Below are positions 39,482-52,300 of a DNA stretch of 64,000 nucleotides, piece after piece. Positions within the stretch are counted from its first letter, which is position 1. Each line of letters opens with the position of its first letter. Source of the DNA: Camelus dromedarius. Its lineage: Eukaryota. Under the pieces are notes generated by a model. It was not told where the DNA came from and did no database searches. It saw only the letters and a list, made by a program, of their open reading frames with translations. The stretch lies in the NCBI RefSeq assembly GCF_036321535.1, contig NC_087447.1:35714001-35778000 (forward strand), written 5' to 3'. A program made the translations under genes and the position numbers.

Positions 39482-42165
39482 CTGCGAGGGAGGGGAGGCA
39501 GGGGACATGTCAGCCGCAGACACCTTGGAGCGTGAATCCTCAGAAACGCAACACTGGCGAAGGAGGGGGTACCTCCCAGCTCCTCCCAAGGTCCCTCCTA
39601 CAATGTCCTCAGACACCCTCTGGAGTCCAGGGGAGAAGTCTGGGCTCCTGAAGTCTCCCCACAGAACTACATCAGGAGGCTCTAGTCCTGCTCTGGGAGG
39701 CATTAGCTACATGACAATGTCAGAACCTTAAGTGCACATACCTGGGCCTCCCTCCCTTAGGTTCTGTGTCACCCCAGAGGTCATGGTCAGAGGCGAGCCA
39801 GTGACCAGCGTAAGCACCACTGATGGGACTGTTTCCCTCTAGAGGAAAACATACGACTCCCCACGCTGTGAAGCTGCCATCTCCCAGCAGCTCCCCCCCT
39901 CCCCTGAGCCTGCTCCGCTTCAGCCTGCAGGGCTTGCCCTCCCTGCTTCCTACCCTTCAGCCAGGCCCCTCCTAGTTTAGGATCCCTCGGCCATTCTCAT
40001 TTATTGAAAGGCCCAGGCAAGGGGTGAGGCAACCCCTATGCTCAACGTTTTGGCGGGGAGGGGAGGTGCGAGGGCCAGCATTGAAGGTGAAAGACTATAG
40101 GGACTTACTTAAGTTACTAAAAAAATGATTGGCAGAGGCAAGAATTATCATCTGGTGTTTCAAAAACTTCAGAAGGGGAAGGGGAGAAGGACATTTGTTT
40201 AAGTCCAACTAATGGGTTACTTTGTGGTTGAAAGAGAAAATTTGCAAATGTAAGCTGGACGGACCTAACAGCCGCCACCCTAACCCAGGGCCAATGTTAA
40301 CCTCACTTACAGCAGCTAAACCACAGAGTGTGTCTCCTGATGGGATATCCTATGGAGCTCAAGTTCTGTGTGGTCAAAGAGTTTTAGCCTGAATCCACCA
40401 AGCCTTGGCTCTAACTTCCACTTTACAGGAAACACAGTGGAGAGAGGAGCAAGGTAAACAGTTCCAAGAGGAAGCAACCAGGTAAATCCAGAAGGGGGGA
40501 CTTTCTGCAGGACCATGGCCCAAACTCTACAATTCAGCAAACTACAAAGAAAGGACAGGTGCTAGATTAAAAGGTATCCAAGAGTGTGGGTCTGGAGTGG
40601 ATCCTGGATTGGACAGACCAGGAGAATCATGGACTGGGTCTGATATGACTTGACAATGCATTAACATGAAAGGTAAAGACCATTAACTGAAAATACCTGG
40701 CTGAAAAGGAGCACGTACACCTCACTGTGGTAAAACACACTTATTATAAAGTCATGGAGAACATCTAGATGGGTATGTACTAAACTGGGGGCATCAACAA
40801 TGGAATACCTAGGAGGTAGGAAAAGAGTGTTTTCATTTCCTTGTATTTACTTGGATTCCGTACTTTCTACAAGTCTTATACAGTGCTTTTGTAAGAAAAG
40901 AAGACTGGGACAAGGTAACAATATCAACGGCCTCTGTTTAATGAGCACCTACTGTATGCCAAGTACTGTTCTATTAAGGCACTACGTATACAGCACACAC
41001 TTCACATACATATATTATCTCTAACCTTCACAAAAGCCCCACAAGGCACATACTCTTACCACTATTTTAAAAATAAGGGAAACTTGGCTCAGAGAGTTCG
41101 TACGTCACCCCAGGCCACACACCTAGTAAATAAATGGCAGAACTGGGACTCAAAACTATGACTGTCTTTGTATGCCTGTACTCACTCCCCATTACCAGGG
41201 TACCACCTGAGAAACGCAGAGGGAGGCTGAGGAGGAGATGAGGAGAGAAGCAGAAGAGGAGGGAGATGAGTAAGGATGCTGACCCTCTGTTTGGATCAGT
41301 TATGTCAACGCTTTGTGACAAGTGGCCTCTGGGCCCCAGGTGGAGCTGATGGGTCAGGTACGGCCAGGCCGATGGGGAACTCACTGCCAGAGCTGACATT
41401 GTTTTGAAGTTGGCTTTTGACTTTGAAGCAGTCAGGGTTGCCCTTGGGGTGTCCCGGGGGAGGCCCCTTGCCTGCACTGCCTGTGCCATTGTGGTCCACC
41501 TTCTCTGTTGCCTACCATCGGTGTGCAAAGCAATTTTTGTAAATTAAGTCATATTTAAATTTAACCATTTTGTTAATTTTCATCCATTAGGTTTGCCTGA
41601 AGTCCATGATGCTGACTGTACCATGCTTATTAGGTACCATTAATGCACTGTGTACGCAGCATACACTGTGTTAAGGTACACGTACATACAGGTACTGTGT
41701 CCTATAAAAATATCAGAAAGGGCCCGCTTTTATTTGTAATTGCAAAGGGAAAGAGATTTAGAGGCTTCAAAACACAGCCTTGTGCAGGTACAGTGGTAAC
41801 AGTGGCAAAAGGGACCCTGAGGCAGGGGCCTGGGGTCAGTCAGAGAATTAGGTCTGTGGATCAATGCCAGGATGGTTTTGGAGTGGTCTAAGCATTTGTC
41901 CCTCAACACAGGCCTCCCCTGACCTTTGGGGGCCTCCATGGAGAGGGCAGGGAGCCTCCTCAGGAAGCCTCAGAGCCATCTCTGTGACAGCCCGGACCCC
42001 CACTATCCAGCTCCCATGGCCAAGCCCAGCTTCCTCTGATGGGGCCTCCTTCCACGGCTTTGCTGGAGCTCACCACCTGGGGCTCCCTGTTGGTCCCAGG
42101 TGAGGACTCTGTGAAGGTCCTGGGAGTCCCTTCTGGCCCTGGCCCCCACATCCGGCAGGACTCAC

Positions 42166-42267
42166 CACACTGGTACAGAGGGCAGCAGAGCTCTGTAGTG
42201 TTCCTGACCACAGTGAGCGCCTCCCCCTCCTGGCACTCGGGGATGGGATCTGGACAGTCACCACAGG
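42166..42267 (-). CDS. OTOG: OTOG exon: [12 protein letters not shown]...CCPLYQC
   Basis: ctcag/gtgagt boundaries, phase 1-1. Confidence 0.92.
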
Positions 42268-42391
42268 CTGAGGGGAGAAACAGGCCACTGCTGTCACAGG
42301 CAGTCCCTCTCCTCCCCTCCTGAGGAGCCTGGCACAGAGCAGGTTGCTGGCAGAGGCACCTAAACCCCAAGTGTGACAGGAGCCAGACGAG

Positions 42392-42644
42392 CATTACCAA
42401 ACCAAACCTGTGTCCCCTGGCCTGTGTGCAGTGAAGCCAATCTACTGACACCAGGTTGCGGTGAAGGGAAGCGCAGTGTTAACTGCAGGCGCCCAGCAAG
42501 GAGTTCAGGTCTCTTGAGCATTAGCCGCCTGCTTTCCTTGCTTGGCACCCACAATAAACGCTGTGTTTCCCCTCACCACAATCCGGATGTGTAGACTGGC
42601 TTTACTGCACGCAGCCGAGTGGACCCAAGTTTGGTTCGGTAACA
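42392..42644. mobile_element. ERV LTR 3'-end fragment with inverted duplication
   Basis: caataaac...tttggttcggtaaca LTR-like end on +; diverged reverse-complement copy at 42392-42503. Confidence 0.7.
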
Positions 42645-42949
42645 ACAGCAGTTTCCATAGTCTCCCATCCTGGAGTCAGAGCCTGAAAGTGCTTCCTCAC
42701 ACCCGTCGGATGCCTCGCACTGAACAAGTGCGCATTCCGTCGTGCTCATAATCTGCACAGTAAAGCAGCGATTGGGTTCCTCTTCCTCTTACACTTCCTT
42801 CTGGACAGAGATCTCACCCTTCTCCCTGGGCCCACCCCACCCAAAGATCCCCACCCCTTCCCTCCAGCCACCCAGGGAAGCAGGCGTGGCGGAGGGAGGT
42901 GGCTGCAGGCCAGGTGTGCGTGCTGGCATCTGCCGACACGTCCACGCAC

Positions 42950-43057
42950 CACAGAAGTAGGAGGTGCAACACGAATCCCCAAGGCGGCCTGCGATCAGGA
43001 TCTGGTCCTGGCGGCAGCTGGGGACCAGTTCTGCCTCACATAGGTCTGGGTCACACT
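42950..43057 (-). CDS. OTOG: OTOG exon: [15 protein letters not shown]...CCTSYFC
   Basis: cccag/gtgcgt boundaries, phase 1-1. Confidence 0.92.
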
Positions 43058-43248
43058 CTGGGGAGAAGACAGAATTTAGGCACTGGGGGCAGACCCTGCC
43101 TGGCCATACCCAGGCACCCACCCTAGCTCTGTGTTCATCTCCAGCCAGAGCCCAGGCCCCAGAGCTGTCCTTGATCCCCCATCCCAGCTGCAGGGCATCC
43201 CCGCCCCCAGGTGGTAGATGTCCCACTCCCCAGCCTGGGACCTCTCAC

Positions 43249-43353
43249 CACAGCTGTAGCTGGGGCAGCAGGAGTCCTCCTGGAAGTGGGTGAGGAGTCG
43301 GTGGCCTGGGCTGCAGGTGGGGGTGAGGCCCTCACACAGAGTCTGGTTACACA
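43249..43353 (-). CDS. OTOG: OTOG exon: [14 protein letters not shown]...CCPSYSC
   Basis: gccag/gtgaga boundaries, phase 1-1. Confidence 0.92.
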
Positions 43354-43933
43354 CTGGCCCAGGGGCCACAGGGTCCGTCACCTGGAGGCTGGGACTCCCC
43401 CATTCTCCAGCACTGCCCAGCCCCTGGACATCTGGCCCCCGGTACTTCTCCCAGGACCCATGTTCTTGGAAGGGGCCTCTGAGGGTCACACAGAGGTTCC
43501 AGGACTGAGCCAGAAGAGCAGTAAGAGTTAACAATCACCGAAATGGCCATGTGCCCTCTGCTGTTCTAGATCACTATCAAATTCTGTAATTTTCACAACC
43601 CAGAAGGTGGGTGCTGTTATCAACCTCATGTCATAGCAGAACTGACCAAGGCACGGAGGATGTGAAATGATCTGCCAAGGTCACAAGGCTACAAGGTGGT
43701 GGAGGGAGCGTCCACCAGGCTGCCCGGCTCCAGAGCCCGTTCCTTTAAGTCCTACCCCACACTGACTTGTAGGGCGCAACTCCTGCCCTCCAGGTAGGTC
43801 CTCCACCCCGCTCCCCACGCACCTCCTCACAAGACACTTTCATTTCCCCAGGCCTTGTCCTATCCATCAAGGTCAAGAGGCATAGCTGGAATCTTTTAAC
43901 CATCCTACAGTTGAAGTGAAGGATGGGACTTAC

Positions 43934-44146
43934 CACAAACAGCCCCCAGGCAGCAGGGATCCTCTGTTGGCAGGAGCAGGGCCACCTCCCCGAAGCGCAG
44001 GCAGCTTTCAGGGCGGGGGCCCGGGCAGCCCAGGTCCACAGGGACAATGGTGTCTGGAGCCTGGCACTGGTGCTGGCAGCAGCCACTGAGGGAACTGTTC
44101 CAGGTCTCCCCCAGGGCCCGTGGCACCCCCGTGCTGTCTGTGCAGG
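43934..44146 (-). CDS. OTOG: OTOG exon: [16 protein letters not shown]...CCLGAVC
   Basis: ctgcag/gtaagt boundaries. Confidence 0.93.
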
Positions 44147-44346
44147 CTGCAGTGGGGGCATGGTGGGGTGCAGGGGACTGAGGAGGGAGGGGAGACCCAG
44201 ACTGTCCCAGGCTAGACCTTCCCTGGGAAACTGACCACCCCCAGAGCAGACCTGCAAGGATGCAGTAGGACTCAGCCATGAGCATCAGGAGGGTGAAGGA
44301 GACCCTGGGTTGAGGAGGGCCCTGCCCGGGGAGGGGAGGAACTTAC

Positions 44347-44541
44347 CACACTTCTCTTCAGGGATACAGAGCCCAGAATGGCGCCGGTGCAAGATGGTGC
44401 CCTCAGCGCAGACGCAGCCCTCGCCCAGCACCTGGCACTGCTCTGGGTCCAGCGGGCCCAACATCCCATCCTGGCATGTCTCGGGGGGCTCACAGGCTGC
44501 CACACATGCCTGATATGTGGAGTCGCTGGAGCACAGGAAGG
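44347..44541 (-). CDS. OTOG: OTOG exon, [23 protein letters not shown]...CIPEEKC
   Basis: ctgcag/gtaagt boundaries. Confidence 0.93.
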
Positions 44542-44667
44542 CTGCAGGGGCACAGTGGGCACCAGATTTAGTTCAGACCCAGGCAGGTTGAGGAGGGGCT
44601 CACAGCACCACCTGTGCCTCAGCAGAGAGTGCAAGGGGTTTGGTGTCATTGCCTCCTTCCTCTAGAT

Positions 44668-44812
44668 CAGGAGCTCGCAAAGCACAGCCCACAGCCCAAA
44701 TCCAGCCTGCTGCCTGTTTTTGCAAATAAAGTTTTACTGAAACACAGCCACGCCCATTCATTTACCCATTGTATCTGGCTGCTTTTGTACTGCAAGAGCA
44801 GAGCTGAGTAAT
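44668..44812 (+). mobile_element. MER58A-like hAT-Charlie MITE fragment
   Basis: tttttgcaaataaagttttactgaaacacagccacgcccattcattta matches recalled consensus. Confidence 0.8.
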
Positions 44813-45381
44813 GGATGTGTTCACATTTATATATCAAACTACTCTAGGCCGGTCCACGCCTGCCTACCCCATTAGTGCAAACCTAACGGGGGTGGGGAGG
44901 AGGTGGCTCTCATGTTCATTCTCAGTGAAGGAGGAGAGAGACCAAAAGAGAAAGACGACCAGAAATTAAGAGAAAGGAACTAATATTTACTGGATTGTAA
45001 CATGGGATGGGCCTGTGTTGTCTCATGTCATCTTCAAAATCACCCTCAAGGGAGCTGTTATTACTGCCCCCATTTTACAGATGTGGCAAGAAGACTCAGA
45101 GAAAGTAAATAATAAACAAAAAATATTTATTTGACATATTAATATAAATTATAATAAAAGTAAATTTGTTAATAATTTGTTAACTTGATAGCATAGGTTT
45201 ATTTATAAAATATTTATAAATTTATTACTATCAGTAAGTGAATGAATGAATAATTAAACCTGGGAAAGTCTAGACTTGGACTCAGGTCTATGAGCCTTTT
45301 TCCTGTTCTGTCAAGGGTGAGGGATGAGAGCAACAGAAGGAGGATGGAGACCCCTGCCCCTGCCCCACCCCTACAACTCAC

Positions 45382-45520
45382 GGCAGTAGTCGGAGCGCCG
45401 CCATTCGATGCACACGTGGAACTTGTGGCACATGGCCACGTACACAGTCAGTGCCACGCAGGGCTGCTGCACGTACTTGGTGTCTCGGATCCACAGCTCG
45501 CAGAAGGACTCCGGGGGGAC
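45382..45520 (-). CDS. OTOG: OTOG exon, C8: [14 protein letters not shown]...WRRSDYC
   Basis: cccag/gtgagt boundaries; translated by hand. Confidence 0.92.
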
Positions 45521-45730
45521 CTGGGCCGTGCATCAGACAGTGCTGCCTACCCTGATTCCCCATATTCCAGGGCTCAGCCCCTCCCAGCCCCACCCAGGGG
45601 CAACAAGGATCTTCTGCAGGCTCCCAATCTGTCCCAAACTCATCTTCTCTGGGGACCTCGCCCTCTGCAAGTAGATGCTGCCATTCCCAGCCTGGGAGGA
45701 CCCCCCACGCTGGACCCAGGTGCCACCTAC

Positions 45731-45951
45731 AAAGCGGTGGCAGGCACTGAACGTGCGGTTGGACACCATGCGAAGGCAGGGCGAGCAGTCGGCTGTGGCA
45801 CAGCTGTCCAGGCGGAAGCGGGTCTGGCCCACTGAGGTCAGGGAGCTGGGCACCTGCCAGCTGTCCAGAAAGGGAGCAGGGTCCTCGGCCTCACCCAACA
45901 CAGAACCATCCTCCAGGGTGAGGTCATTGGCTGCGTCCCCATCACAGATAC
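45731..45951 (-). CDS. OTOG: OTOG exon: [16 protein letters not shown]...FSACHRF
   Basis: ttcag/gtaggt boundaries. Confidence 0.93.
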
Positions 45952-48186
45952 CTGAAAGGGACAGAATTGCCCCAGTGACCATGATAATCACCACCACTCC
46001 CAGGTCCCTAGCTGTCACACCTAATATTCTTCATACTAATTCTCTGAGGCTGGCATTACTATATCCCCATTTTATAGATAAGACAAATAATGCACAAAGA
46101 AGCTAAGAAACCCGCTGTGTAAGAAACTGTCTCTGTTTGTAGGAAATACACACCAAAGTATTAAAGGATAAAGGGACACAATGCCTCAAACATACTTTCA
46201 AATGGTTCAGAAAGATATATGTATATAAATTCCATATGCATAGAAAACTGCATGCACGCTCGCGTGTGTGTGTGTGAGTATAAGAGAGAAGCAAACGGGG
46301 CAAAATGGGAAATCTAGATAAAAAGTACATGGGAGTTCCTTATACTATTTTTGCAACTTCTAAGTTTAACATTATATCAAAATTAAGTTACTCCAAAAAA
46401 TCTGCTTTAGCAGAGATTGCTAGCTAATTATAACACCTGTTTCCTCTTCTCCCTCGGCGGCCCACTAGCCTATTTCTCCCAGGTTCTCCTGCAGTTGGTG
46501 AGACCATGTGGTGAATCCCAGCCAGCAGAACATCACTGAAGGTGATGGGCACCACTTCCAGGCCGGATCCGTAAAACCTGCCCCACTCTCTTCCCTTATG
46601 TGGAGTTGGAGGCTTGTGTTGAGAATGGCAGTGCCACAGGATGGAAGGACACTCCATCTGGGAATTTACGTGTGCAAGGAATAAAATTCCGTTGTGTTAA
46701 GGCACCGAGATGAGGTGAGAAGAAGTTTATCTGTTACAGCTTCTAAAATGACCTTAACTTCCAGCTTCATCTCTCACACTCTAGGCTCCACACACTTCCC
46801 TGCCCTTGACTTTGCTTATGTGGCTCCTTCTGTCTGAAACACTTTCTCAGAAGTCCTTTCACAGGCGCCACAGGCGCATCCATCCATGACCTTCCCAATT
46901 CTGTGTAACAGGTAAAGTTTGCAGGTCTGTCTTGCTGAGTGCGAAGACTCATTTTTCTTCATATTCTCTCTCTCAATATTCCCCTAAGTTGCTTAGCAGG
47001 TGCCCGGTATACCAAGTGTTAGTTTGGAATAAATAGAGATAAATTAGCTGACTTCTGCTCTGACATCTCCAGCCACCAATTTTGGGAATATAACGTATGA
47101 TTTAATACAAAATCCTCAGATTTTATCAATAGTCCTACTGGTCAGATTTTTGGTCTTGGCATTGAGTCACTGAAGGCATCCTAAGGAGGAGCTGGCCCAC
47201 CAGATGCTGGCCACAGCACTCGTCCCCAGGCATAAACAGGAGAAGGAAGAAATGGTGAGAAAGCAATGGGAGAGGAGATGGTGATGTGTGCGTGTGTGTG
47301 CATGTGTGTGTGTGTGTAGAGATGTTTGTGTCAGGAAGAATGGAAGCTTCATAAAACAGATTTTGTGTGTTTTGCCTACTGTTCTGTTCCTAGTGACTGG
47401 TACATGGTAAATATGTGCTGCACAAGTGAAGGAAGGAACTGGGAGCAGACTCACGTGTTCATGTGCAGAGGGCATTTTGAATACAGGGGTGTGAGTGTGA
47501 ATGAATAAAATGGGTGCAGATTTATGGATGGAGAGCATACAAGTATGTGTGGTAAGTATTCCAATGTCATCCATCATCATAATCATGATGGAGTGCTCTG
47601 TAGGAGCCCACGTCCTTCTGCCCCTGCAAGGAGTAGCAATCCACACTTGGACTCCTCCTCTACCCCTTTTTCTTATCAAAATACATCCAGGCCCTTAGGG
47701 CGTGCTCTCTGCAACCATGCAATAGTCTGAAGAGCACTAATTCTGTGTTGTGGCAGCTCTGCTGTGTGACTTTAGGCAAGCCACTTAACCTCTCTGAGCC
47801 CCCTTTCTACTTTAGATCAATAGCCATCTCTCAGGGCTATTGTGTGGATGACTTGGAATAAGTGAGATCAGAGTGTGGAAGTGCTTTGTGAACTGCCCAG
47901 GCATATGGAGACATGGAGGATTATCTGGTATTAGGAAGCTATCAGGGAAGCTGACAGTCAACCTCGGCTAAAGCGACAACTGGCTGAGGCCAGAGCTCTG
48001 CGCCATCTCCCTGCTGGTAGCTTCAGGCTCAGTGCACAAGACATCAGGTCTCTGCCTTGGCAGCTCTGCTGGTCCCACCTCTGGCCTGGCACTCTGTCCC
48101 AGCTCTCCCTGGTCCAGGGAACCTGTGTCTGAGAGCAGAGGTGGACCCAAGAAGCATCCCCTCCCCTCAGCTGGGTCCCACCTCAC

Positions 48187-48370
48187 CGCACAGGCCACGG
48201 CCCTGGGCCTCGCTGGCTTTGCTGGTTTCCAGGATCATGAGTCCTGAGCTGTGGAGCCACTGGATCTGGATGTGTGACGGTGTCCGGATCACATACATGT
48301 GGCCTGTGTCCTCAATTCTGAACCCATGCTTGCTCACAGGGGGCCACGCAGGCTGTGAGTCCACAGACAC
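48187..48370 (-). CDS. OTOG: OTOG exon, VWD4: [11 protein letters not shown]...GRGLC
   Basis: acaag/gtgagg boundaries; GLCG motif split across the intron. Confidence 0.92.
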
Positions 48371-49349
48371 CTTGTAGGGGGAGGGGAAACAATGTGAGCA
48401 CAGCTTGTCTGTCTGTCCATCCATCCAACCATCCATTTGTCCAACTAACAGTTATTAAGAACCTGCTATGTGGCAGGCTCTGTTTCAGCCACACACAGCC
48501 AAGACGGAGTCCAAGATGGCATGGGAAAATTCTCAAAACATTACTACCAGCACAAAGCAATGAAAGAAGAAGTGCAACAATAGAAAGCAGGCGACATCTA
48601 CATGCCCAAATAAGCACAAATCCCAAGCCCTTCTAATCACTCTCTTCTTTCCTGACTCACATCATTTCTTCTGGGAGATGTTCCCTAAATCCCCAGCTTC
48701 TGCACTGGGTTCCCCTTCTCTGGGTCTCCCCATCCCTGTGCTGGTCTTTAAGATAGAATCCATTTGTTCCCTCATCAAGGCTCCCAGGGGACCGTGAGTT
48801 TCTTAAGGGCAGAAACTATGTCCCACTCACCTTTGAATGCTCAGCACCTGCCTTTGGACCTGACATAAACTGGGGACTCAGTCAATGTTTGCTAAATCCA
48901 CAACACTTTAAATTCAAAGCTACAACCCCTGCTACATACAGACCAGGTTAAATTTGTATGTGTTATGGATTATTAGCTTTACTCTGTAGAAATGGGAGAT
49001 GAAAAGATTAGGATTTTTAAATATTTATAATGACTTTATACCCCCCCCCCACTCAAGAATCACTGTTTTATTAATCACGTTGCAAAGTATACAGTACATA
49101 AACCACTGTGTTGAAGTAGAGGGAGCCCCAGTCCAGCAGTTAGAAAACATTGACCTTGGGAAAGTCTCTGGCTCTCTCATGACCTGAGCCTTCCGAGCTG
49201 TGCAGACAGGGCCGTGGGCTCCACAAGCCTGGAGCGCTGTCCCAGGTCTAGGAGTGAATACCCATGTCTGAAGCCCAGGGATCCTCACCTGCGTGCAGAG
49301 GACTTCAAGTCCAAGTAAGGATACAGAACAAAAGATTCGAAGTTAATAA

Positions 49350-52300
49350 CCTGGGCTTCAGCTTCTGACCAAGATGGAGTAATCAGTACTAGATATACCT
49401 TCTTGCCTCAAACAGTCTAAAAACCTGAGACAACAGTTTTCAGACATTGAACAGTTGGCAGTACAGGAGAGTGATCACTGAGAAAGGCTCACAAATAAGG
49501 TGAGCCTTACAATCGCCCAAGGTTATGGCTCAGAGAAGTTTCCAGGCCACCGTGCAGAAAGGAAGAATCGAGGCAGAGCCTGGTGGGCTCCCTGAGTTTA
49601 TGAGACAAAAGTTGGGAGTTCACGGAGACCAAGATACCTAGTCAGCAGAGCAGAATACTGAAGAGAAGAGAGCTGGGGAGAGGAAAAGAGAGACGTGGGG
49701 AAGGAAGGAGGGAAAAGCTCTATAGAGAGTCCCCATGACACTGTCCTAACCCTGTCCTGAGTTTTCAACTAAATATTGATCAGTGCATGCAGATGAGAAA
49801 ACTACCTGAGACCAGGGGAAGAACCACCTGAAAGGAGCAGAGAGAAAAATCTCCAGGTCTCACAGCTTGCTAGGGATGGTCAGAGCCAACACCAGCTAGA
49901 GTGGAAATAACTTATAATACATAGAGCATAGGGCAGGGCATGCAGAAGGCCACTGCTTCAGTAGTGAGCAATCACTACCCAGAACAAAGAATAAGGAATA
50001 GAATCATGCTTAGAATAAAGACTAGAATATATTCTAGTAAATAAAACATCTCATTAAATTTAAAAGGATTCAAGTTAGACAAAGAATGTTCCCTGAACAC
50101 AAAGGAATTAAATTAGAAACCAATAATAGAAAGGTATCTGGAAAATTACCAAATACTTGAAGACTTATTTTTAAAAGCATTTATAAATAACCCATAAATA
50201 CCAAATAAAAATCAAAAGGGAGATTTAAAAGTATTTTGAATTTAATGAAAATAAAAATACAGCATATCAAAACTTGTAAGATGCAGCTATATCAGCCTTA
50301 AAGGAAAAACTGTAGCACTAAAAATGCTTATATTATAAAAGGAAGAAAGGTCTCAAATCAGTTACCTAGGATACCACCTAATAAACTAGAAAAAGAAGAG
50401 TAAATTAAACCCAAATTAAGCAGAAGAAAGAAAATAATATAGGTAAGAGCAGAAATCAATGGAATGGAAAACATAAAAATAATAGAAAAAACCAGTAAGA
50501 CCATTCTTTTAGAAAAAAAATTAATTTGGTAAAACTTTAGCCAGAGAAAAAACACAAATTACCAATGTCAGAAATGAGGTAGACTACACAGACACAGGTC
50601 CTACAGACATTAAAAGAATAATAAGATATATGGTGAGTAACTTAATGCCTATACATTTGACAACTTCAATGGAATGGATAAATTCTTTGAAAAATGCAAA
50701 CTACACAAGCTTACTGAAAAAGGAATAGATAACCAGAATAGCCCTGTATCTTTCAAGGAAATTGAATATGTATTTTAAAAAACCTGCCCCCCAAAAAACT
50801 TCAAACCAATATGGTTTCACTGTTGAATTCCACCAAATTTTTAAGAAAGAAAATATTAATATTAATAAATGTATACAAACTCTTCTAGAAAATTAAGGAG
50901 AGGAAAATACTTTGCAATTCATTATATGAGGCTAGCATTATTCTGATACCAAAACTAAATCAACACAATAATTTAGATTAATACCTCTGATGGAGATCCA
51001 ACAACATATAAAAAGAATAACGCATACGGACCAATAAGCCTAATTCCAGAATGCAAGAATGGTACAACATTTGAAAATTCAAGCAATTCATCGTATTAGT
51101 AGTCTAAAGAAGTGAAATATTATTCGGTGCTAAAAAGAAATGAGCTATCAAGCCACAGAAAGATGTGGAAGAACCTTTAATGAACATTATCAAGTGAAAG
51201 ATACCAATCTGAAAAGGCTACATACCATGTATGATTCCAACTATATGACGTCCTGGAAAAGGCAAAACTATGGAGGCAGTAAAAAGATCAGTGGTTGTAG
51301 GGGTGAGGGGATGAACAGGCAGAGCACGGAGAATTTTTAGGGCAGTGGAAATACTCTGTATGATTTTATAGTGATGCATATATGTCACCATACATCTGTG
51401 TAAACCAACAGAACATACAACACAAGAGTGAACCCTAAGGTAAACCATGGATTTCAGTGATTATGATGTGTCAGTGCAGGTTCAGCACTGGTGACAAGTG
51501 CACCATTCTGGTGAGAAGTGCTGGTGACGGGGAAGGCTATGCACTATGGGAGACCTCCGTACCCTCCTCTCAATTTTGTTGTGAATCCTAAACTCCTCTA
51601 AAAAGCTGTCTTTAAAAAATAATTTGGGGAAGGATGACAATAAAAGGCCAAATTACAGTGTCTCCATCAGCAGTTCGCTGTCTTTGAGGATGCACAATGG
51701 CAAAATCTCCCAAAACAAGCCATTGGTCTGACCTCAGTAACATCAGGATTGAAGCTTCACACTCTGGGGAAGCTTTCCAAACAGGAATGGCCAAGAAAGC
51801 CATTCCCACAGAGAGCTCAAATATTTTTAAGAAAAAATCATCGGTGAACCTCAGACAACATTGGGGCTCAAGTGAGCAGTAAATAACTCTCTGCATACTT
51901 TCCGATACACTTGTTGAATCCATGACTGCTAGAATCATAAAAACAGTAAGAATGGACCTTCAAGAACAGGTGATTTAAAGATTTTAAAGCTAGAAACTGG
52001 AACTACAAAATCTGGAGAATTCAAGATTTTTTTTTTTTAATATGACAGTTACATTGAACTCATCTGATTACACTTGGAAGTTGATCCACAGTTACTGAAT
52101 CCTGGAATTATAGTTTCTTTTACTTAGGTAAACTATTTAACTTCTAAACATGTTTAATAAGGAGCCTTTTGCTGGTGGTGTAAATCTTGACTCAGATTTT
52201 TAAAAAATATATATATAAATGTTCTTTAAATGTAACTACTATTCTTTGAAAGCTATTTATTTGAAATAAATTTGAAAATCTTTCCTTTTTCAAGTAAACA

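Noticed and set aside
41432..41820. Possible short inverted termini (cagggttgccctt ... aaagggaccctg) around an AT-rich core
   Set aside because: May be an old hAT MITE, but the match is too short and no TSD is visible
42573..42758. Cys-rich 61-aa minus-strand ORF that could be an extra OTOG exon
   Set aside because: Flanking exons already join in frame as in the recalled orthologue; the ORF runs into the LTR fragment and I found no convincing donor
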